A stretch of DNA of 64,000 nucleotides from the human T2T-CHM13v2.0 reference genome, Homo sapiens. The stretch's first letter is position 1, and every line of letters starts with the position of its first letter. Of this stretch, positions 1 to 15,980 are shown piece by piece. The DNA is taken from assembly GCF_009914755.1 (NCBI RefSeq), contig NC_060928.1. The stretch is one strand, 5' to 3'. Position numbers and translations under genes: made by a program. Under the pieces are notes generated by a model that was given only the letters and a program-made list of their open reading frames with translations, was not told where the DNA came from and did not search any database.

Positions 1-1020
<1,020 letters not shown>

Positions 1021-1481
1021 GTAAACACACCTTTTTATGAGATAGTCATATAAAAAGACTAAATCTCTGGGTTGGAATATCACAAAGTCCAAGTGAGGAG
1101 GTTTGAATGAATAAAGCTCACTGTCAATGCTGTGACATATTTCCACATCTCAGTAATAATTAACACATTCCATGTTGCTGACTCCAAGAATGGTATTTCA
1201 TTTATGGCTCAGAAGACCCTTGAGTTTGTGGTTTCTGTAATCATTTGTCTTTGGAACTATTTCAAATGGAGAAATGCCGATAGGTCAGAATCTTCCAGTT
1301 CAAAGTGTCTCTACCTTGAGCCTGACTAATCATCTCCATCTGAATGACTATCCATTCCAAGACAAGCAAGAGACTGTTACTAGTGACCTAACTAGTACAG
1401 GAAACAATAATTTGCTGTGCTTTTTTCCTTTCAAAAATATCTTATCATTCATCACCTCATTTAATTTTCACAGCAATATGG

Positions 1482-2162
1482 TATATTACTCTGTTTTCAC
1501 ACTACTGTAAAGAACTGCCTGAGATTGGGTAATTTATAAAGAAAAGAAGTTTAACTGATTCACAGTTCAGCATGGCTGAGGAGGCCTCAGGAAATTTACT
1601 TTTTTTTTTTCTTTCTTTCTTTTTTTTTTTTGAGGCTGAGTCTCGCTCTGTCACCCAGGCTGGGGTGCAGTGGTGCAATCTCAGCTCACTGCAACCTGCG
1701 CCTCCTGGGTTCAAGTGATTCTCCTCCCTCAGCCTCCTGAGTAGATAGGACTACAGGTGAGCACCACCACGACCAGCTAATTTTTGTATTTTTAGTAGAG
1801 ACGGGGTTTCACCATGTTAGCCAGGCTGGTTTCAAACTCTTGACCTCAGGTGATCCAACCGCCTCAGCCGCCCAAAGTGCTGGGATTACAGGTGTGAGCC
1901 ACCGCACCTGGCCGAAATTTACTTTCATAGAGGAAGGCAAAGGGGAAGCAAGGCACATCTTACGTGGTGGCAGGAGAGAGGGCAGAAGTGCCACACACTT
2001 TCGAACCATCAGATCTCATGAGAACTCACTCACCATCACAAGAACAGCATAGGAGAACTGCCCCCATGATCCAATCACCTCTCACCAGGCCCCTCCCACT
2101 ATGTGTGGGGATTACAATTCAAGATGAGATGTAGGTGGGGACACAGAGCCAAATCATATCAC
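1482..2162 (-). mobile_element. MST-type MaLR LTR split by an Alu
   Basis: gggtaatttataaagaaaaga...caattcaagatgagat...gggacacagagccaaatcatatca. Confidence 0.8.
1600..1913 (-). mobile_element. AluS with TSD GAAATTTACT
   Basis: Alu body; GAAATTTACT at 1591 and 1914. Confidence 0.9.
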
Positions 2163-2193
2163 ATGGTAAGCCATGACGTTTAGAGTTTATGCC

Positions 2194-2645
2194 TGTTATG
2201 GGTTGAACTGTGTCTCCTTGAAAAGATATGTTAAAGTCCTAACCTCCGGGACCTATGTATGTGCCCTTATTTGGAAATAGACTATTTACAGAGGTAATCA
2301 AGTTAAGATGAAGTCACTTGGGGTGGGCCCTAATCCAGTATGACTGGTATCCTTATAAAAAGGAGACTGTGACACACAGGGAGCTCTCCTTGTGTCGTCC
2401 ATATGATGACAGAGGAAGAGCTTGGAGTGATGCAGCTGCCAGCCACAGGATGCCAAGGGCCCATGGGCACCACCAGAAGCTGCTAGAGGGAAGGAAGGAT
2501 TCCACCCAGAGGCTGCATGACCCTGCTAACACCTTGATTTTGGACTTCTGGCCTCCAGCACTGTGGGAGAATACATTTCCGCTATTTGAAGCCACCTGGT
2601 TTGTGAGACTTTATTACAGCAACCCTAGTGACCTCATCCAATACT
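2194..2645 (+). mobile_element. MLT1-type MaLR LTR
   Basis: tgttatgggttgaactgtgt...ttatttggaaatag...ttggacttctggcctccag. Confidence 0.75.
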
Positions 2646-2894
2646 GCTTCTGTTTGCTCCATCTGTGACTGTGATGAGCCACTGACACTTTAGCTTCTCC
2701 CAAGTTCACCAGCCCTCTCTGTTCTCCTCTTTTAAGCCAGATCCCAGATTTTACCTTAATATCCACCCTTACTCTAAAGTCTTCTGCCTCCCTTCCTTCT
2801 TCACAGTTTTATGTCAGCATTCCAAGCCGAGATGGCTCCAACTCTCCACTTTCTCTTCTGCCTTGTGGACAGGCCAGCCAGGAAGATGGATTCT

Positions 2895-3453
2895 GTGATG
2901 GTTTAATGTGATGGTTCTGTATGCATCAATATGCTTGGACTACAAGGTGCCCAGACATTTGGTCAAACACTACTCTCAGCATTTCTGTGAAGGTCTTTTT
3001 GGATGAAATTAGCATTTGAAGTAGCCGACTGAGTTAAAGCAGGCTGCCCTTCCCCTGTGAGTGGGCCTTGTCCAATCAGCTGAAGGTCTGACTGGAAGAA
3101 AAGGGCTGACCCTCTCCCAGATAAGAGGGGATGCCTCCTGCCTGACTGCTTTTGAGCTGGATCATTGGTCTTTTTCTTACCTTTGGATTTGAACAAAAAT
3201 GTTAGCCCTTCCTGGGTCTTGCACCTACTGGTCTTCCGAAGAGAACTACACCATTGGCTCTCTTAGGTCTCAGGCCTTCAGATGTAGACTAGAACTACAC
3301 TGTCAGCAATCTTGGGTCTTCAGCTTGCCAACTGCAGACCTTGGGACTTATCAGCCCACCATCATTTCATGAGCCAATTCTTTATAGTAAATTTATGTAC
3401 CTCTCTCTATCTTTTTATTGGTTCTGTTTCTCTAGAGAACACTGGCTAATGCA
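2895..3453 (+). mobile_element. MLT2-type ERVL LTR
   Basis: tgtgatggtt...gcccagacatttggtcaaac...ggttctgtttctctagagaac...ctaatgca. Confidence 0.75.
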
Positions 3454-3859
3454 GATTCCATCACAACACATGTTGCCATGCTCAGATGGGTGGCATGCTA
3501 TCCAAAATCTCATTCTCTAAAAAGTGTTTCTTGAGCCTCCTTTGTTTTCTGTAATTCTCTAACCTCCCCATCTATCTCTTGCCCTCAGCAGATGACTGGC
3601 GAATGCTACTGATATTCCACCTGCAGCCCCTCTGTTAGTCCATACCCTAGTCCCTTCCTGCTAGAAATGGTGCTGATAGAATCTCACAGCTGCTCCCTTT
3701 TCCGCAGAACAGCCCCCAGCCAACAGGAAGCCTTACTGGGCAGGCCACCAACCTCAGGCTTGGCCAATGACTTCCTGATACAAGGGCGTAAATGGCAGGT
3801 TCCCTTGCCTCAAGGTAGAACTTGAAGTAGAGACAGTAGCGACTCCCTCATTTAATACC

Positions 3860-4615
3860 CCTAAAGACCCTGTGGCCACTTACTCAAGTAACCATGCACT
3901 AGGGGAAAGTAAGAGATGTTTCTGGTGCTGTTCGATACAGGGTCTGGGTTGATGCTGGTATCCAGGAATCCAAAACATCACCCAGGCTCCCCTGTTATCA
4001 TTGGCCATATGGGAGTCAGGTAGCAAATAGAGCTCTGGCCCAGGTGTGTCTCATGGTAGTGCACTGAGTCCCCACACCCACCCCATGCTCATTTCCCTGG
4101 GCCCTAAATGTTTGTAGGAAGGACACTCTTAGCCATCGGGAGGACCCTCACTCTGCCCCTGACCTGCAGTGTAAAAGTTATTACAGTAGAAAAGACCAAC
4201 TGGAGCCCTGGAATTTCAACTTCCTGCCAAGATAGGGAATGATTTTCTCTTCTCTTCTCTTACGTGGCTAAGAGAAGGAGGAACGATATTGCATCCCAGG
4301 AAAATGGCAAGGGCTAGGGCCATCCTCAGAGTCTTGAAGCATCCAGGAGCAGTGGTGCCTCTCACATGCTATTTGATTCACTAGCCCGATCCTATGAAAA
4401 TTATATGGATCATAGCAGAAGACCCTGGAACTTTAGAAACATAGCCAAGTGGTAGCCCCACCTGCAGTTGCTGCCTGATGTGGTGTCTGTTCTAGTGCAG
4501 ATTAACAAAGCCTGAGGCATATTGAGTGCAGCCACTGATTGGCAAGTGGAATTTTAAATTCCATGCCTCTCAGAAAAGGAGATCAGAAGTAGTTTACATT
4601 ACAGGGGACAAAAAC
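3860..4615 (+). mobile_element. Decayed ERVL internal pro-pol fragment
   Basis: Protease-like LFDTGSGLMLV (GAT ACA GGG TCT at 3934), followed by degenerate RT-like segments resembling HERV-L PIAAAVPDVVSLLEQIN and AAIDLANAFFSIP; frameshifted. Confidence 0.7.
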
Positions 4616-4629
4616 TGGACCAGAATGTC

Positions 4630-5160
4630 TAGTCCAGACAGCTCAACTAAGGTCCAGACCTGCATATTCAGCTGTGTACCTGACATAACCATGTGGTGAC
4701 TCACAGACTCTTGAGTTTCTCCCCCAAAGTCTTCTCTTATCACTGGCCCTGTGATTGCCTCAATATCTCAGTAGATAACCCCACCAGCTTCCTTGTTTAG
4801 CTCAGCATCACCTTTGATTCCTTTTGCTTCCTTTTTAACCTCATCCATCCATCAATCTGGTATTGAATCTGATCCAAGCTGTATCTCAGCTCTATCTCTC
4901 TTCCTGCTTGGCTGCCACTCCCAGCCCAGCCTTCATCACTCTCCTGCCAGATCGTCCCTCAGTGCTTCTCATTGAACTTGGAGGACAATCTGCATTTCCA
5001 CCATGTCCTCCCTTCATGCTCCAGCCAGCGCATGGTGTATTTGTCACTCTTGACAATCATTTTGTCTGTTGACAAAAGCTCAGCATGAGGCAGAACTGTG
5101 TCTGTCCTATTCACTGTTGTATCCCCAGTGGTGTCCAGCTCTTAGAAAGTACTCAATAAA
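4630..5160 (+). mobile_element. L2 fragments
   Basis: L2 3'-end motif gtctgtcctattcactgttgtatccccagtg...tactcaataaa. Confidence 0.55.
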
Positions 5161-5956
5161 ACCTCAATGCCTTAGGACTTAACATATAACGAAAGGATGG
5201 CTGAATTACTACCAAAGTACGTTCTTGTGCAACACTCAGATCTGGACAGTACCAGCCACTGTCATGTGATTGAAGCCCTTTTATTCCATGTTTCCAAAAT
5301 AGTGGGTTGTGAAGTTTAATGCAACCAGAAGTGCAGTGCAAGAGGCCAGAGGGAGGAGAGGCAAACAGCCTAGTGAGGTGCCCCCCTTGAGAACACCTTT
5401 TTTCCAGGGTCCACCACGGTGCCAACCTGGACTTTCTGCAGAGGAGCCGCGGCCCTTGGTCAGCCGCAGCCCCCAAGGATCATCACCATTGGGGAAAAAC
5501 ATTCCAGCTGTGGTCTGAGGGCTATAGAGTGAGTTTGTGTGATTGAATCTAGAATCTAAAGGAAGAACTGTCTTGCCTTTTATCCACTTTATATGCCAAC
5601 GTGTTCGCTTCCAGCCACAATTCCAGACTTTGAGAGCATGCTGAATTTTGATCCTGAAACTAAATAGCATTGTGTCATCACAAAACAGTTAATAATGGCA
5701 CATGCCGTGTTTTGACTGATGTGTTTGATAGGTGGAGGTGAAGGACAGGCAGTCTGTATCTTGTAGAGATGATTGTATGATGTATGATGATGGTGCCCTA
5801 TACTCGCTGTGTGACCTTAAGCAAATAACTCAACTTCCTTGTGCCTTCTTTCTAAAATGGCAATGATAGGAGCACCTGTGTCCTCAGGCTGCTGTGAGGA
5901 ATGAGTTTCCACACACACAGCTGTTAGAACTGTGTTTCACATGTTAAAAGCGCTAT

Positions 5957-6891
5957 TGTGAGAGACAGGAAGAACCAGTCTCTCCTAGTTTCCCACACAC
6001 ACCACTCACCTCTGGTCACCAAAAATGCATGAGGATTTATCCTCACTAGCAACTAATTCTCCAGCAGACACCAGCTGGGCATCCTCTAATTCAATTCAAT
6101 TCTGACATTGTCTGCCTAGAGAGCGTCAGATCCCACAAGTTAAGGGCTCAGTCCCACAAGACCGCCCCCCTTTCAGATGCAAGTCACAAGCCCTAGGTTG
6201 TGACCTGTACTTTTAACCAACTGGCTATAAATTGGGGTTTCCTGTGACCCATTCCTCAGGTTTGATTAATTTGCTTGAGCGGCTCACAGAACTCAGGGAG
6301 ATACTTGTCTTACGATGACCCATTTATTATAAAGGATGTTACAAAGGATAGAGATGAGCAGCCAGATGGGAGAGATGCGTGGGAAAAGGTGTGGGGAGGC
6401 GACAGGGAGCTTCCATGCCCTTACTGATGGCACCTCCCCACCTCCAGGCATCCCCACATGTTCAGCTGCCTGCAAGCTCGCCAAACCCTGTCCCTTTGGG
6501 TTTTTATGGAGACTTCATTACATAGGCATGGTTGATGACATCACTGGCCATTGGTAATCAACTCAACCTCCAGCCCATCTCCTCTCCTCAAAGGGTGGGG
6601 ATCAAAGTTCCAGCCCTTTACTCACATGCTTGGTTACCCTGGCAACCAGCCCCCCACCCTGGGGCTATCGAGGAGCCCACCAAGAGTCACATCATTAGAA
6701 GAGGAAATGCCCCTATCACCCTGGAAATGCCAAGGGATTCAGGAGCTGTGTGTCAGGAACCAAGAGGAAAAGACTAAATCGATTAGAACAAAAGATTCTC
6801 CTAGCACCCCTATCTACCAGGGTTTTAGGATTCTTATCTCAGGAACTGAGAGCAGAGATCAAAATATACTTCTTGTCACATCACAAATCAC
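5957..6891. mobile_element. MER21-like LTR
   Basis: cagacaccagctgggcatcctctaattcaattcaattctgac...gggctcagtcccacaagac; TG...CA ends. Confidence 0.65.
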
Positions 6892-7509
6892 AGATATGTA
6901 AGCATGTGCTGTTGTTTTTAGTATTATAGTAACATTACCTCTATCACGTTAGAGATTGTGAAATGTCATGTCAGAGACTTCAGATAACCTGTCCCAATCC
7001 CAGCACTGGAACAGCAGAGTCAGGGTTGCATGCTGTTTCCTCTGGCCCCGCAGCTCATGCCACTTCCAATATGAGATGTCTAGGTTAGCTGATATCTCCC
7101 TCTCTTTATCTGTCCTTCATTTGGGCTTTGTTTTCACATCTAAGGGCGGAGAGAATCAAGAGAATCTGTTCCCCCATGACAGGCATTCAGGCATTTCAAG
7201 GGAGTGTTCATGAATCCCTGATCCAGATGGTCTCTGCTCCAGGCTAACCAGCCCCTCCCTTTAAGGAGACTTTGTTGGCTCAGGCAGAGTCTAATCCTCC
7301 CTGATCCCTCCATATTTCTCTCACCTGACATGTACTCTGTCTGCAGCGCTATGGGTTCCACCACAAAACAGATCCCGCGGCTGCCTGTTTTCATTACTCT
7401 ACTCTCAGCCAGCCAAGATGCCTTCCCACCAGCTCTCACAGCCTCCACCCTTGTCCCCCGCAAACCGATCGCACTCAGCAACAAAGGTGATCATTTTCAG
7501 TGTCAATCA

Positions 7510-8059
<550 letters not shown>

Positions 8060-8550
8060 TCAGGGCCTTTGCTCTTGCTTTCCCCTATGCCTGGATTATT
8101 CTGCCCCAGATCAGAGGCTCCTTCTCAACATCCAGGTCTCTGCTCTGTTATCACCTTTACAGAAAGGCTTTCCATGACCATGCTCTCAAAAACAATCACA
8201 CTACACCCCTTAACTCTCTATCCCTGGACCATAAGATGTCTTCTTGTATCACTTAGTACTACTTGATATATATAACTACTCTTGGAGAGCTGTCCTCCTC
8301 TCTAGAATGCATACTCCCTGTGGGAGGAGAGATCACCTCTGATCTGCCCCATGTATAATCAGCACAATATTGGCACAGCCTAGGAACTGGTGGGGCAGGC
8401 ATATTAGTGCTTCCCACCTGCTCCCAAAAATATCCACATCTGAATCCTAGGAGGCTGTGAATATGTCACCATACCTGGCAAAGGGAAATTAAGGTGGCAG
8501 AGAGAATGAGTGTTGTAAATTGGCTAACCTTAAAACAGGGAAATCATCAT

Positions 8551-8840
8551 CACTTTGGGAGGCTGAGGCGGGTGGATCAAGAGGTCAGGAGATCGAGACC
8601 ATCCTGGCTAACATGGTGAAACCCTGTCTCTACTAAAAAATACAAAAAAAATTAGCCAGGCATGGTGGCAGGCACCTATAGTCCCAGCTATTCGGGAGGC
8701 TGAGGCAGGAGAATGGCGTGAACCCGGGAGGTGGAGCTTGCAGCGAGCCTAGATCGCACAACTGCACTCCAGCCTGGGCGACAGAGCAAGACTCCGTCTC
8801 AAAAAACCAACCAACCAACCAACAAACAAACAACAAACAG
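8551..8840 (+). mobile_element. 5'-truncated AluY-like
   Basis: gagatcgagaccatcctggctaac and ggcgtgaacccgggag diagnostics; TSD-like aaacaggga(a/g)atcatc. Confidence 0.85.
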
Positions 8841-8907
8841 GGAGATCATCCTGGTTTATTTGGGTGGATCCACTGTCATCACAAGGGCCCTTAAAAGCAA
8901 GAGAGGA

Positions 8908-9198
8908 GCTCAGCCTGGTGGTCATGCCTGTAACTCCAGCATTTAGGAGGTGGAGTATTGCTTGAGGCCAGGAGTTCGAGACCAGCCTGGGTAACATACA
9001 GAGATCCCGCCCCTAAAAAATTTTAAAAATTATCTCGGCATGGTGGTGCATGCCTGTAGTCCTAGATACTCTAGAGGCTGAGGTGAGAGGATCACTTGAG
9101 CCTGGGAGATCAAGGCAGCAGTGAGCCGTGATGGCTGAGCACTCCAGCCTGGGTGACAGAGTGAGACCGTGTCTCAAAAAAAAAAAAAAAAAAAAAAG
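8908..9198 (+). mobile_element. AluJ
   Basis: Diverged dimer with ttgaggccaggagttcgagaccagcctgggtaaca; poly(A) tail. Confidence 0.8.
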
Positions 9199-10646
9199 GT
9201 GGGAGAGGAGACAAAAGAGAGTCAGAGAGATGTGTCAGAAAGATGTGACATGGAAAGGACCCAGCTCACCCTTGCTGGTTTTGAAGATAGAAGAAGCCAT
9301 AGGCCAAGAAACCCAGACAGCCCCTAGAAGCTCTAAAAAAATCAAACAAACAGACCCCACCCAGAGCCTCCAGAAAGGAACAGCCCTGCTGACATCCTGT
9401 TTAGTCCAGTGAGACACAGTTCTAATTTCTCCAGGGCTGTAGGATAATGAACCTGTGCTGTCTAAGCCACCAAGTTTGTCGGAATCTGTTACAGCAGCCA
9501 CAGGAAACTACTTCAGCACTAACAATGATTTGCTGAAGGAATGAATAAGTGAATGAATGGAGACAATAGCGAGGGACCCTGCCACATCAGCCAGGGCCCC
9601 TGTAACCTCTGTGTCTGTCCTAGTGTGCGGTGTCCAAGGGGCCCAAGCCCATCCATGCCGTTGATTGGAGCCACATCTGCCCTCTCCTTTCTAGTGCCCC
9701 TACTAGGATAGCCAGAGGACTCACTAGTTTGATTCAAGGTAGCCACATTGCACTTGCCTCGTATGGAATCGGTCATACATTAAGATGCTCAACTGGAAAT
9801 TCATGTGCCCCTGGAGCCACGTGTTGCCCAACCCGCTTCTGTGCCTCTGGTTGTGTGTGTGTTTGCTTTCCTGAGGTTAAGGTACATTCATCTCAATGCA
9901 GCTCTACTTTTCAATTTTTCTTTGTTTTTTAACATCATCCAAAGACAAGAGAGAAGAAAAGCAAGAGAGAGGAACATCAAAGGAAACTTAACCTTTTTCA
10001 ATCACTTGAATATGTCATTCCCATGGATTCGTACAACTTTGTTGTAATCTCTCCACTTACAAATGAAGAAACCAAAATATTATTTATTTGTTTAGTACCT
10101 AATTCATTTTTCCCACTTACTCATGAACTCTTTTAGTAAACCTTTACTGAGGAAACGAGGCATTGTGTTCTGAACATCACACATGACTGCTACTGCCTGG
10201 ATGTGTCCCAATTTTCAAAAGGTTAAAATGTGAAGTCATGCACATCTTATAGTCAGAACAATAGGATAATTCTTAGCAGAGAGACAGCCAGTCTGGCATC
10301 CTAGTTCTCTGTACTGGGCTCCTCCAGAAAGTTTATCAGATTGCTCCTGATATTTAAAACAACAACAACAACAGCTGCAGCAAGAAAACACAGATGGCCA
10401 CTCACCACCTCGGGTCTTGCACTGACTTGGTGCTAGAACTCTTCATGGGCAGAGCGTCTGATTCATGCCCACACAGCAATGTAATTTAAGCCACACATTC
10501 ATGTCCATGAAGCTCCCATTGGCTAGACTCCTGGTCCTACCTCCAAGGTAAAGCTGGTTTCTAAAGAATTTCTCCAACGTGTTCTGGCCTTGCCAGTAAT
10601 ATTTTCCCCCAAGCTCTTTTTCCAGTTCATCAAAAAGGTTCCTGTT

Positions 10647-10773
10647 GGCCAGGCACGGTGTTTCATACCTGTAACCCCAGCACTTTGGGAGGCTGAGGTG
10701 GGAGGATCGCTTGAGCCCAGGAATTTGAGATCAGCCTCGGCAACATAATGGGGCCCCATCTCTACAAAAAACA
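10647..10773 (+). mobile_element. Free left Alu monomer (FLAM-like) with TSD
   Basis: Single monomer; CAAAAAGGTTCCTGTTG at 10631 and 10774. Confidence 0.85.
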
Positions 10774-10893
10774 CAAAAAGGTTCCTGTTGCCTCTTTAGG
10801 GCTCCCTCCAAATCACCTTTTGTGAGATCCCAATCACCTTTTGTGAGATGAGAAGTTAGTTTCCACAATGATGAAGTGTTTCCTCCTCCTAAC

Positions 10894-11098
10894 ACAAGAG
10901 TTTCTCAGCCTTGGCACCATGACATTTTTGACTGGATACTTCTGTTGCAGGGCCTGTCCTATGCACTCTAGGATGCTGAGCAGTGTCCCTCACCTGTGCC
11001 CACCAGATGCCAGCAGCACCCCCATTCAGTTGTGACAACCAAAAATGTCTCCAGACATTGCCAAATGTCCCCTGGGGGGCATAATAGCCCCAGGGTTA
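10894..11098 (+). mobile_element. MER20 (hAT) DNA transposon
   Basis: gtgacaaccaaaaatgtctccagacattgccaaatgtcccctgggggg. Confidence 0.8.
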
Positions 11099-11223
11099 TT
11101 TCTAACTCTAGTGTTCTATTTTAGTTAGACCAGGTGCTCTGTATTGCCCCTGGCAAGGTTGAATATCCTGTGCTTCTGTGACACTCATTGTCTGCTCAGG
11201 GTTTTCAAAACAAGCCAGAGTGG

Positions 11224-11573
11224 TGATATGGTTTGTTCGTGTCCCCACCCAAATCTCAACTTGCACTGTCTCTCTCAGAATTCCCACATGTTGTGGGAGG
11301 GACCCAGGGGGAGGTAATTTAATTATGGGGGCCAGTCTTTCCTGTGCTACTCTAGTGATAGTAAGTCTCATGAAATCTGATGTGTTTATCACGGGTTTCT
11401 GCTTTTGCTCCTTCTTCATTCTCTCTTGCAGCTGCCATGTAAGAAGTCCTTTTCACCTCCCGCCATGATTCTGAGACCTCCCCAGCCATGTGGAACTGTA
11501 AGTCCAGTTAAACCTATTTTTCTTCCCAGTCGCAGGTATGTCTTTATGAGCAGCGTGAAAACAGACTAATACA
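11224..11573 (+). mobile_element. THE1 solo LTR (350 bp) with TSD AGTGG
   Basis: tgatatggtttg...cagactaataca; AGTGG at 11219-11223 and 11574-11578. Confidence 0.9.
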
Positions 11574-11629
11574 AGTGGGATGCTTTGTTTATGACTGTGC
11601 TGAGTAAGAGGCCAGTTTTTATCATGGTA

Positions 11630-12370
<741 letters not shown>

Positions 12371-12984
12371 GGCAGCAATGGACAAATTCATTTATTAACA
12401 AGAGACGGGTGTGTGTGAGTTCATCTAGAATTTGGGCCAGGTTTCCATAGTTACTGCCTGAAACGTCAGTGTTATAGATGCCGGAGTGAGGCCACCTGTG
12501 GTTCTCATCCCTGGTCATGACAACCACATGGAGAGCTGTGAAAAGATGCTGAGGTCAAGGTACCCTCAGAGCGTCAAAGTCATTTAGTCGAGGGTGGGGT
12601 CAGGCATCGATAGAGATTGTTAGAGAACCTGCAACGTTCCTCCATGCAGCCAGGCTTCAGAACCTCTGAGCCGAGCAAATCCTCCCTCCAGGATGGTGAC
12701 TTGGGGAGGTGAGCATGGGCTTTGCAGGGAGGTGGGCTGGATTTGAGTCTCACTTCAAGTTAGTAATGGGATGCTGGTACTGCCATTTCACCTCCCTGAA
12801 ACTCTTGATAAATAAGATGCTGCCTAGAATGCATGCAGCCCCATCCCCCAAGGAGGAAGGAGGCCTGGTAGGTGTCATTGTCCCCTGCTGCCTGCTCCTG
12901 CCACCCCGCATGGTGTTAACAACTTGGGGTCTCCTCCCTTTCATTTTTAAGTTCCTGTTAAAATATAACAATGATGATGCTTTA

Positions 12985-13185
12985 TCAATAAACGTATTGA
13001 GCTTTGAATTGGACACTGTGCTAAAGCAGGTATTGTCTTATTTAACCCTCACAATAACTCAACGAGGAAGATTCCATGATGGCTCCACGTTCCAAATGAG
13101 GAAACTGAGGCACAGAGAGGTTAAGCGACTGGCCTGGAGTAGATGCTGACAGTCTGAGATGTATGACTCTGACCGCTAAAGCTTT
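12985..13185 (-). mobile_element. MIR
   Basis: atgaggaaactgaggcacagagaggttaag core. Confidence 0.7.
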
Positions 13186-13937
13186 TTATGGAACTTGGGT
13201 CCCTGAGACGTAAATCAAGGTTATGGCCACTGAAAAGGAGGAAACAAGAACTGGCATAGGTTCCAGATCTTGCCATTGTGTTCGTAGAAACCCTAAAAAA
13301 AAAAAAAAACAAAAAACAAAAAACAAACTCTTGGAAAATTAATGGTAGTTTAGCACAGTGGCAAGAGACTTGGTGCATATCCAAAACTCAGTCATGTTCC
13401 CGGTTAATAGCCCCAGTCCACAGAAATCTAAAAATAAAGAGCCCATTCACAATAGGAACAAAAATAAAATATAGGAAAAATTTGGCATGAAAGGTGTAGT
13501 ACGTGAATGAATAAAACTACTAAACTTTATTAAGGGGTCAAAGAAGATTCAACCTTTGGAGATACGGTCTATGTACATCATAAATATTATAAAAATTGTA
13601 TTTCTTTTTAAATTACCTATAGATTAAACGAATTCCTCTTTTTTTTTCCAAATCAAAGTTGGGCATGGTAGTAATTTCTAAACAATTTGAAAATTTCCAA
13701 GTACAATATAAAGAGTGCCTTCTGAGTTCATGGCAACTGCCAATATCTCAGAAATGAGGAGTCAGTCATCCTGGGCACCTGAGTCAGTTCTAGATTTTAT
13801 TTCAGACTCAGCCATCAATGGCAGTGAGATCCTTTTTGCTTGGATGTATGTGGGTGCACTCAGATCTAAATTAATCAGTTACAATAATTGTGTCACAGTT
13901 TTAAAATATTTAAATTGTGAAACCTATCATAGGTTTA

Positions 13938-14536
<599 letters not shown>

Positions 14537-15594
14537 TTATATGGTAGCCACGTAGCAGGAAACTGAGGAGCAGCCTCCAGTCCTCAGCAGGCAAGAGACC
14601 AAATGGTGCTGACAACCACATGAGCTTGGAGGCTGATCCTTCCCCAGTTAAGCCTCAGATAAAACTGCAGCCCAACCAACCAACATCTTGATTATAGCCT
14701 TGCAGAGAGCTGTGCCCAGAGTCCTGACCCACAGAAAATGTGAGATTATAAACATCTATTGCTTCATTTGCTAAATTATTTGTTATCTTATTATTCACCA
14801 AAGATCAATAATATGGCCACTACTCAAGTTAAGCAATAGACTTTTACCAACACTTTAGACTCTCTCATGTACCCTTCCTAATCACAGCTCCTTCTCTCCT
14901 CCCCAGAAGCAAGCACTATCCTGATTTTTGTTTTGATCGTTCCTTTGCTTTTCTTTATAGATTTAATACCTATATAAGTATCACTAAATAGAATATGCTT
15001 TGCTTTGAAAATAGGAGTATCAAGCACAAACGTAACCGTAGCAATTTTTTAAAAGGTCAGTGGGGTAATTTTTAACTTGAAAATGTGACTTTGAAATTGA
15101 CCTTGAAAATAGTAATGACAAAATATCTTGAAAAATTACTATAAATTATTTGTGACATCATAGTTTTTATAAAAAAGACTTTTTAATGAAGTAGCAAGTT
15201 AAAAATATCTAGTTGAATCTTCACCTCACAGTGTGCTTGTGGCTGCACACACACACACACACACACACTTATACACACAGTGTCACACATCCACACACTT
15301 CCACATTCATGGCTGATTGATGGATAAGGACAAAGTAAAATCACAACACAAAAGAAAATAAACGTGAATATTCTTCTGACTTGGTAATTAATTTTCTAAG
15401 ATTTCTAAGTTTAAAAGAAATAAAAAGTCATGAAGAAATTTACTGATAGATTTGACTACACAAAGATTGAAGTCATTTTACCAGTCAGCAACGTAAACAT
15501 TATTAGAAAACAAAATTTAATCCATGAGGCATATTTATGACAAATATAAAATAGTACCAGCTCCTGAATACACATATGAAGAGTTCACACTTCA

Positions 15595-15980
<386 letters not shown>

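Larger units (their letters stand above)
8390..9512 (+). mobile_element. MLT1-type LTR interrupted by two Alus
   Basis: gctgtgaatatgtcacc...ggcaaaggga; taagccaccaagtttg...gttacagcagccacaggaaacta. Confidence 0.7.
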
